Positions 49,171 to 59,061 of a DNA stretch of 64,000 nt are shown here, piece after piece. Both the position numbers and the translations under genes were made by a program. The stretch spans positions 13,392,001 through 13,456,000 of the forward strand of contig NC_092671.1 in NCBI RefSeq assembly GCF_964355755.1, read 5' to 3'. How positions within the stretch are numbered: the first letter of the stretch is position 1; every line of letters starts with the position of its first letter. The stretch is from Antedon mediterranea (taxonomy: Eukaryota > Animalia > Echinodermata). The notes below the pieces were generated by a model. That model ran no database searches. It saw nothing but the letters and a program-made list of their open reading frames with translations, and was not told the origin of the DNA.

Positions 49171-50684
49171 TCTCAAGCCTATCCACCTATCTATCTAAAA
49201 CAACCATGAAGAGATATTATAGAGACAAACAAAGTGTAATAATGATGACTACGCCTGTATTTATGTAGGCCCAGTCCCACGGCGACGTACCATGTGTATT
49301 GTTTTTATAAACAAAACAACATGGTATGCACCGCCCTCTATAGTAATTTAACTTAAAAGTTTAGTTCCTCTATGGAAAGCAGTTTGAAAATTGAGTTTAT
49401 ATTTCACTAAATTAAAAATGTTGTCATAATAATGCATAAATAACAAACTAACACAATAATGTTAACATTAAAACACTTAATTAAAATCTAAAAAAAATAA
49501 ATATTACCGAGGCTTAAAATAATAAAACAACAGTTTTAATACCAAAAAAACATAGACATTATAAATAAAATTGCAAGAGGACATCTGACACAAACAATAA
49601 TAATAATAATAATTGTCATAATCTATTTGAAATGTGTTAAAATAAATTACACAAAATACAAGTTCTTTAAAATGCTATGAGTACTGGGAATGTTTTTATT
49701 TTTACAATAATTTAGGGAAGGAATAAAAAGATGTAAATGAAATGGCAATATAATTTTTTTTAATGGAAAGACACACACTAACATTTTATTTCAAAATACA
49801 GGAAAATATATCTATGGTCTACGTGAAGAAAAACACAAACAAAGTCATTTTATTTATTCACATTTTTAACTGAAGTTTTTGTTTTAATTATATTGTAAAT
49901 AAATTTAATAAAATATTAATGAATCAAGTCTAGGATAATTAATAATTAAATTAATTAATACTACTACTTTGAATTTACACTGTTGGCTTTTTTTCTTGAT
50001 CTGATGAAATTATATTTGTTTTCTTTTTTTTCAAAGTAGACACAAACATTTGTGATCAAAGTTTAATCCATAAAAAAACAATTGTAGCCCATAATGCAAA
50101 CAAAAATATTTGTTAATCAGAATTACTGGAAAGAATTCACCATACTGGTTTTACACATTTACTATAGATTTGATTTTTGCCATGTTATAAGCAAATGAAT
50201 TGCGACCAGTCAAAAATTATACCAGGACTCATATCAAGAAACGACAAGGTAACTATATGAAGGCCATGGAAAGTTGTTAGACCAGTGGACAAAACAACCA
50301 CAAATTGAGGCCGCAAGATACCATCGGCATCATGGCAGCCATCAAAATGGGGTTATACTTCAATCAGTAACAATTGATGCAAGCAACCTTGACAACTATT
50401 GAAATACTAGCTATTTCCTATACACACAGATAACATAGATTTTGTTAATACTAATAAAGCAACCAAGATTCATGAAAACAAACCAGAAGTCCATGTAACT
50501 TCACTCTTTCTTAGTTAGATTAAAACTGATGCCGCAAGATGCCACTAGGCATCATGGCAAAACAGTATTAATGGTTGACAACCATGAGTTTTTTTTTATC
50601 TACGTACAAGCCTAGCAGCTAGTTACAAATATTGTTTTGAAGCTTGGATGCTCGAAGCGATGACTTGCTGCATTAGTAACCTAC

Positions 50685-51861
50685 CTTTGTGTTTCCGTTT
50701 CAAAATAGGGCTAGAAATAAACCAGTGTGCAAGGAGTAATAGAGGACTGCACAGCTGCTGTTGTATCATGCATTATCTAAGTGTTAGTAAAAATCATCTG
50801 AAATATAATTAATTAAATAATGATTATTTTTTCTACCTAAATTATAGTTAATTTGAAGCTGGCTCAAAATTCCTGGTACATACATTTCTGTTGCATAGCT
50901 TTAGTGATATAATTAACAACACTTACGTATATATGAGTACAATATAATTTATAAACAATTAAAAAAATCATCTAAATAAAAAAAGATGCATGGATGGATA
51001 GAAATATCTTATTATAATATAGATATATAATATTTGTTTGTGATGATATGAAGTTGCACAAGATCAGGAACAGCTGTTCATTAACCTGTGAATAAATTTG
51101 CAATTATTAGTTTGAATCGGCGTTAATGGTGAGGTCTTACTATGTGTTGAATGCATTGTCCCATCAAAGCTGCGACATTTTATTTCCACATAGAGAACAG
51201 AAATGTTGTCAAAATATCAATGGACTTGAACACAACAGTATCAATGGTTCAATCAAGCAGGCAGATGAAAAGCTCAATTCTTTAGTAACCACTCTGCAAA
51301 AAAAAACATTAAACCATTAAATTTAAGTAGAGGAAGGAGTAGGCTAGCCACAACCTTCTGAGTACAGTATACCAACTTCAGAGGAAAACAGCTTGATAAT
51401 GCTTAGGCTAGGCCTACGCCTTCCACAGAACTTCAGGAGAGGACATATTTGTGACAACACCGGAAGAATACCAAACATGATCGCATCCTAGATGTTTAAT
51501 ACTTGAGAAAAATCCATGAAGTCAACTAAACACTTTAAAAAGGCAAATCAATACAGAAATTGAAAGGGTAGGATTTATATATTTTAATATAAGTTAGACC
51601 TAGACTAGGCCTAGCCTAGTAGGCCTAGCCTACCTAGCTAGGGCCTAGTAGGCCCAACCATAAATCAAATGAGCAATTAAGGTTTGTTTCAGGTATCAAT
51701 ATTTTGTTTTTAAAGACCATGCATGAACTACTGAAAATGTTTTCTTAATTAAAGTGTATAATTTCAAAAACAAAACACCTACCAATATAATTTCCAATCA
51801 TCTAGGCCTATTAATTAGTAACTTTTCATCGACGCTTTTCACTTCACAAAATGGCAGAAAG
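50685..51861 (-). ncRNA. Putative spliced non-coding transcript with a TCT/5'TOP-like start (possible small-RNA host gene or extended TTI2 leader)
   Basis: The minus strand begins CTTTCTGCCATTTTG at 51861, just downstream of CCAAT boxes. Candidate exons 51861-51783, 51532-51418, 51293-51086 and 50797-50685 have GT/AG boundaries and are GC-richer than the flanks; only short ORFs (<40 aa) result. Confidence 0.35.
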
Positions 51862-52620
51862 TAAATTCGCCTTCGCCACAATAATATAGAGGATAAGGTA
51901 ACCTAACTTTGATTGGTTGAATCTTTTGTAACTGCGTTGTTGTGAGTCGTTGATTGGCTTGCTACTGCGTAATCTGAACTCTCCTAATTGGACGTTTCAC
52001 AGAAAATTGGTTGGTGGAAAAAGAGGGCGCTAGACCTGTTTTTAATATATTCAGAAAGAATTAGAGAGCATTTTATTCCCACCGTACCCCCCCGCTCCCT
52101 CTTGATCTCCTCTCCTCTGAAATTAAGTGACATGAGAGACGTGAGCACAGCAGCAGCAGGTCAATTGGCAAGGAGTCACGACACGACGGATAACAACCAA
52201 GCATAATTTTTAATAATAATTATATAATAATATAAATAAAGAATTCTTTGATTATAATATATACAGTACAGTAATCAAAAGAATTATTTTTTTGATTATG
52301 ATAATGACATATTTATAAATAAATGACCTAGGCCTCCTACTGGAAGTATCTATTGTTTATCATTACATCAAAGAATTCTTTGATTACTAATCAAAGAATT
52401 CTTTGGTATGACATGCTACTTCCTGTTATAGGTCATTAATAATCGAACATACGTGAATAATGACCTTCAACAATTACACTTCCGGTAAACTTCAGAAACA
52501 CTTCCGGCGTTTATCCGTGACCCTTGTCCTTTTCGATAATTTTCGTGAGCAGCTCGCAGCTGCTAGGTTCTCTCGCGCTCGAGTCGAGTGTTCAGCTAGC
52601 TGCTTCAGATAAATTCCGCT
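51860..52620. promoter_or_regulatory. Putative bidirectional promoter region
   Basis: Several ATTGG (CCAAT) boxes at 51912-52011, AGAGGGCGCTA at 52022, palindromic ATCAAAGAATTCTTTGAT, tandem ETS sites ACTTCCGG at 52478 and 52500, and a CpG-rich stretch at 52500-52630 ahead of the selenoprotein gene. Confidence 0.6.
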
Positions 52621-52738
52621 TCTCCATATACATCTCTCCCTCCGTCGGTTTTTGTTTTGTACTAAAAATAGTAATCTAGGCCTAACCTAGCCTACTAGGC
52701 TACTTCATAGATAAAAAACACTCTGCACAGAAGTGAAA

Positions 52739-54342
52739 ATGACGACAAATTCTAATAAAGTACATATTGAATACTGGTAAGTTTGTTTTTTAACATGAAG
52801 CTCCCAATAAATCGTCAAAACAAGACGGTGGCATTTGCTTTTAATATTAGGGCTAGGCTCTAGCCTAGGCTAGCTCTCTTAGTTAGTTAGGCTAGCCTAG
52901 GCCTAGTCTCTAGAGGAACTAGCTTGGCTATTATTTAAAATATATAGGCCTGGCTAGGCCTATCTATAAATACTAGGCTAAACTACTATCTAACTTCTAG
53001 TGGCCTGCTAAATAATTTATAAAAGGTTTATGAATAATGATTGACGGGACCACGGATAATCGAGCTCACAAAGGTCAGGCCCAGAAAATACGGTTCCGAT
53101 CATCTTAGTTCTTACTTATGTGTTGGGCCTGATTCAATTCTCTCAAGTGTTTGTAACGGATCTTTGTAACCATATTGGTCCCGATCATCCTAATCATTGC
53201 GGACAATTGTCTTAGCACAGGGCCCGATCATCTCTATAATATGCCATATGGTGAGACACATAAAATCGTTTATTTATTTTGGTCCCAAAATCATCAACAT
53301 CCGGTATAAACTATATATTCTGTATTATATATGGAGCGCTATTATTATCAGGCTATTTTGAATGTGCTACTAGATAAAGTTAAAGTATTGGCTAAATACT
53401 GTAAATTTTATTTTGTAACTCCTGTTGCAAAAAGTGTCTTTGAATACTATACAGAAATACTAATAATCTTGTTATACTTATAGTGGTGCATGAGGGTACG
53501 AGAACCGCTTCCTGGAGCTGCAAAGTCACATACAGTCTGCAGTACCGGAAGTAGAGGTCTCTGGAAGTGTTGGTCGCAGTCGTAAGTAATCTAATACTCT
53601 TTTCACGGTCTGCAAAACAAGTTTGTTTGTATAGTGTGAAGAAAATTTTGAGAAAAACAAACCAATAAGAGGCCTGTTTTTTTTGTTTCAAGATGTTACT
53701 ATGCGCATGTGTATTGCCCTGGTATTAAGTGACCAATCGTAGTAATCAAATAACAAGAAACTATGTGTTGTTTTGCATATGCGTATATGAAAACGTCTAA
53801 CAAATATGTAACAAGTTGTAACAATGTATGCAGATGTGAAAAGGGTATTAAATATAAGCGTTTTTATTTTGATAGCATAAGCATCCCATAACATACTGAT
53901 ACAGTATATGCCTATTATTTGTTTAATGTTTTCAGATCATTGTTTTCAATTTGATAACTGCATAATTAAGAAAAATCACAAATTCAAAATTCATAATTTT
54001 TTGGGAATGGCTCTATTTACATATTTTATATAAAATATCTTTTTTTCAGAATCATTTGAAGTAACCTTAAATAATCAAACACTGTTTTCCAAGTTAGAGT
54101 CTGGAGGATTTCCAAATACTGATCAGGTAGAATACACTGTACATCATTTTTGCATACATATAATATATACATATTTATAATTCATATTTTAATCACACAA
54201 TAGCAATATCTAGCAATGTTTGTTTTATTATTGAAATAAATATTTGTATCTTTCATAGATTGTGAAGCAAATTGTTGATTATGATGGTGGGGGCGTTCAA
54301 CAAGTAACAGATATTTCCTTCCCAGGATGCAATATTTTATAA
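52739..54342 (+). CDS. MIEN1: MIEN1/SELENOW2 (Rdx-family) selenoprotein, 98 aa, CxxU motif and C-terminal CaaX
   Basis: Exons 52739-52776, 53484-53581, 54050-54126, 54259-54342 (297 nt): MTTNSNKVHIEYCGAUGYENRFLELQSHIQSAVPEVEVSGSVGRSQSFEVTLNNQTLFSKLESGGFPNTDQIVKQIVDYDGGGVQQVTDISFPGCNIL*. In-frame TGA at 53491-53493; Rdx motifs EYCxxUGY, FEV and FSKLExGGFP; SECIS downstream. Confidence 0.93.
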
Positions 54343-54540
54343 AATACTATGTTAGGGTAAAGATGATTAAATAATATTGTTGGTTATTGCACTGAACAGT
54401 TTCTATTTGTGATAATGTATGCAAGTGTACAGTATTGTATTACAACAGTTTCAGTATTGTATTCTCAAATAGTGCTTTAACTGAATGCCAGTTTTCAATA
54501 TAATTATGCAGACGAATATGAATATTTCATGGTCAAATTA

Positions 54541-54626
54541 ATAGAATCCCAATTATGGGGACATATTTAGAACCCAATAATAAGTCCCCTTAATAGGCCT
54601 GTCCTCTGAAAGTGAGGATCTACTGT
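54541..54626. mobile_element. Short decayed Tc1/mariner-type MITE in the selenoprotein 3' UTR
   Basis: tagaatccc...gtccccttaatagg...ggatctactg|ta; related to 24932-25103. Confidence 0.5.
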
Positions 54627-54691
54627 AATTGGTATAGAAAACTAATAACAGCTTCAAATATAATGTTTACCAATAATTTTCTTTCCTCTAA

Positions 54692-54880
54692 GGCTCTGTC
54701 TACACTATTAAACTAGATGTGACAACAAAAAATGTGATGTGCCCATATGGACATTATGTTATATCACTACCATATTAAGGCATATAACTACCATATTTAA
54801 GTATATAACTACCATATTTAAGTATATACTGTAACTACCATATTTGTTTAGTTTACTAGTTTGATAATGAAAACAGAGCT
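54692..54880. mobile_element. MITE family 1 copy in the selenoprotein 3' UTR
   Basis: ggctctgtctacactattaaact...agtttgataatgaaaacagagct with four actaccatatt units. Confidence 0.8.
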
Positions 54881-54989
54881 TAAGAAATACCGGATTCTGA
54901 TGCTTATCTTTCAATATTATGTACAATTTACGTTGTGCTACCCTCCCACCTGTATACTAGGAATGGCAGATCATTTGGTACACAAATTA

Positions 54990-55057
54990 CTTGTAGCGAA
55001 TGATAGCTCACATATAAAGGATGTTTCCATGTGCAAGCTGGATGATTAGCCTACAAG
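54990..55057 (+). promoter_or_regulatory. Eukaryotic SECIS element (type II)
   Basis: Helix I cttgtag/ctacaag; core ATGAT (55000-55004) against GGAT (55040-55043) forms the non-Watson-Crick quartet; helix II agct-cacat/atgtg-ca-agct; unpaired AAA at 55016-55018, 12 nt after ATGA; apical minihelix gga/tcc; AATAAA at 55106-55111. Confidence 0.9.
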
Positions 55058-57710
55058 CTGTTTGTGTATGAAATGTACATAATTCTGTAACATTCAAAAG
55101 TTAAAAATAAATAATAAATTATTAAATATTTATACATTGTCTATATTTTTATTATTGTATTTTAAGAATTGTATTGTAGTTCATGATATTGACAATTTTT
55201 ATATTGACAGTATTTATATAATTTTTAGTTGTGTTTTAAGCAAAATAAAAAACATCTCAATATTCTGTTGCTGATTTCAGTGTACCCTCTCCAATCCTGT
55301 CATGGTTTCTATTTGAAATTTATAAAATATGTCTGTTAATTTTGTCATCCATTTATCACCCAATAAGCTGTGGTGGTCGAAATTAAGTATATATCATGTA
55401 ATATTTAACGTTTACCAGAAAGAGTGAGAATGAACTTTTTCAATTAATTAGTCTTGCCAAGTTATTAAGTTATTCTTATATTGTTTGAAGATTTGCATGG
55501 CGAAATCAAATGTTGGTATAAATTTTGCGGTACACCACATGTATTAGTTCTGCTTTGATCGAAACGTCGAGAAACTCAACAGTTCTTTTCAGAACTAATA
55601 CATGTAGTGTACCGCAAAATTCATATCAACATACGTTATTCTTGTTTCTTTTTTTTATGTTGTTAGTCTTCCTTTACAAGGCATGCCTTTTGATTGTTGT
55701 TCAAATTCCAGCTCATTTAGGGGTATGACATGCCATGTGTGCAAAAATATTGGGGTTATGTTTTTTACGAATATTAGGCCGAATCGCTGTAATAATAATG
55801 AGATACATAATTGATTACACAGACAAAAACACATGATGACATGACATATATTTGACATAATAATTTTCCCAGAATTTCTACATATTTTAATTCATATTTG
55901 ATTAAACACTTTTGACATGTGCTTTAAAATGATGCTCTAAAAACATTCACATATATTTATTTCCATAAAATAGCTAAGTTAAACATAATATGAACATAAT
56001 TATTGGAAGATAAATTCCTGATATAAGCACAAAAATAAAACTGAAAATATGATTCAGCTTCCATTTTTAGATGTATAAATATGATATGAAAGGTGACTAC
56101 AATTTAATGATTTATGAATAATACAATTTACAGCGTAAACAGCACAATATGAGTCCAAGTTTCTAAGGAGCGACAGGAGGAAAAATGTGCCAATTTTAAC
56201 TTGAACCATTCATTTTCAAAAAGATAGCATCCATTACTGCTATTATGTGTGGTTGTGCATTTAACTCAACATTAAACAGTGTTAATTCATTCATAGTTAC
56301 TACTACAGACCAACATTTTCAAGATGACTGATTGCAGATATAAATGCATGATTTAAAAAAGAAGATGTAGGTATAAAACTATTCAGCAGCAACTCAAAAA
56401 GCACAACAATTGAATCTAAATAATATAGAAAATTAAGAAATTAAAAATAAATGAAAACATACATATGAAAAATGTAAAATTCTACATAATATTTGATAGT
56501 TACATATCAATCATATTTACAATTACATGAAAAAAAATAGGAAAAAAATACTGAAATAAATTGGATCAAATTTTATAAAGTGCAAAAAGCTGGTGTTAGG
56601 GAGGTTAAAAAATATGAGGTTGAACAATATACCAAGAAGACTTCAAATTATTGTGTTCAATCTGTTTATATACATTAATTCAATAAAATTTAAACAAGTT
56701 TTAAAACGCTACAACATGCTACAGAAACTTGCTACACAAACATAACATTTGCTTCCAAGCATTTTCAGCCAATTAACAGCTTTTCTGGGAAATAATAATA
56801 CATTTATAGAAATTTAATAATGATCATTTTAAAATGATACTTACTGTAAGTGAATAAACACAGCAAACGTATGCCTCTTATAATGCTATAGTGTACTACC
56901 TGAACATCAGAGTACTAAACCCCATTACAAAAAACATAGTCTAAAATGTGGAACTGAACAGCCTTTGAATAATCTACAATTTGGCACTAAACATTTTGTT
57001 GGTACATTAATGTCATTATTGGTGTATAAGCAAGACATGGGCTATCTTAGTACAATACAAATATGGTGATCAAAAGAGGTTTTGTGTTACATAAGGCAAA
57101 GCATACATATTCAGGAGTGAGAGAGTGCATATCAGAGGTTGGGAAAATTGGAATTAACAATACAATCACTACATTGTTTAATACAGTGGAGTGAATCTAT
57201 CCAAAATGTTTTTTAATAGTTCTAATTCGAAAACATTTTGTCGTACAAATAGTTTGATTGAATGACCCTGTAAGGTAATGCCCTAATCCAAAAATAAAAC
57301 TTTTTCTAAGATTTAGTAAAAACCAAGATTAATAAATACTAAAAGCAGAGAAATTTAATTATACTACTGACCATTTTCACACTAGTCATTGATTTGAAGG
57401 AGAATTGTCAATATATAATTAACGACTGCTTATCATTTACTAAGTATTAATCTAAGTGACCACTAAATCTTTAGTCTGAGGTATTTGATGTTTTTAAATT
57501 TGGTCAAATTTGTACCAATTATATTTGGATGAGGTTTCTCATCATAATTATTATTATTGAAAACCTTCATACATTCTAATCACCAAGTTGTATTTCTTTT
57601 TAAATAGTTTGTTATAGTTTAAATATTAGGAATTTAATAATATTTTTTTAAATCTAATTTAAATAAAGATTCAACCCTAATTTTAAAATATTATGATAGT
57701 TTTTGTTTTC

Positions 57711-57786
57711 CTGTCTACACATCAAACTTTATATGGGGATTTCATTTCATTTTTGTCACATAAAGTATGATAGTGTAGACAGAGCT
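57711..57786. mobile_element. MITE family 1, internally deleted copy
   Basis: ctgtctacacatcaaacttt...aaagtatgatagtgtagacagagct. Confidence 0.65.
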
Positions 57787-59061
57787 TTAGTTTGAGTAGT
57801 ATATGGGTAAAATATTGATACTAATTATTGAATTTAAAGACATCTAAATAGGTGACAAAATCAAATATATAAAATGTCAAAATGCTCGTATTTAAAATTT
57901 ACATCATAAAATATCATTCACTTTAAAAATGTGTGATAAGGGAATGGAAATACATGTTAGGTCACATTAATCACATTCAAAGTTGTTTAAATAGTTTAAT
58001 CTAAATTGTTGTTTGAACAGCAAATTTGTATTTACAATAGATAAGTTCATATTCTGTCCACCAACATCCATTGAGAAATACGTATACCTCAACATCTTCA
58101 ATAAAAGTTGCAAATTGGTGATTTGTTGACTTAATAATTATAATGCTAACTATACATTTTTATAGTGTCTTATGGATGAAAGGGAAGAATGGGAAAGGGA
58201 GAGAATGCCTTCCATTTTAAGAAGCAAGCAAGTATTAATATTTATGATTCTTTTTTACTTATGACAGCCTAAACAATGATAATAAAAAAGTTGTATTTTA
58301 AGAAATCGCAAGAAGAAAATGGAAATAATTTCAGGGACGTGGAAATTCTTTTAAAAAATTGGACATTCACACACTTAATAATCGATGTACTTATTTACAA
58401 CAGTACAAATGACACTATCAAATCTTAAATTCCTAAATGTTAAAAATATAGATAATTTCTTTAATATCTTCATTCACAAGGTGAAGTCTGTATGTTACTA
58501 ATACCAATCATTGTAACGCACAGCTAAAATTTATTCTTTTATAGAATCTTCATCAAATACCTTTAATACTAGCCCAAAAATTCAGACCCATCAAATGTTG
58601 AAGATCTCTACCCCTATCACTATAAAATACACATCCTTTCTGTCTTATTAAAATTTGTCTTATAAAAAATTTTTTTTTCATATTAAAAAAGTTCCAAATA
58701 TTTTAATACTAATAATTGCCTTCATTCTACACGGGATATAGTAAAACCATCCCAGTAGTTAAAATAGGGGTTTAAAAGTCCCATCTCATATTAACATACA
58801 GTAGTCGTCCCTGGTCTTAAGTGCAATGATATCATACAGCACATAATGTATGAAAACCTACTTCAGTGAGAATCATAGAAACTACAATTTATAATACAAT
58901 ATTTTACACAACCAGTTTGCATCAAAAATATATGATGAGTTATTTGAACCTTTACAAACACACAGAGATTCTTGATATATAATCCCACAAAACATTTCAC
59001 CATGCATCTGTCTTCTCCTGATTGATCATGTGACTTAACGATTCAATAGCATTGGTTAATA

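Noticed and set aside
50526-50565. Iron-responsive element or known miRNA
   Set aside because: The loop is not CAGUGN with the bulged C five pairs below, and the hairpin is too short for a pre-miRNA. Kept only as an unexplained duplicated hairpin.
53491-53493. Premature stop indicating a MIEN1 pseudogene
   Set aside because: The TGA falls exactly at the redox-active CxxU position, the downstream exons are intact and a canonical SECIS is present.
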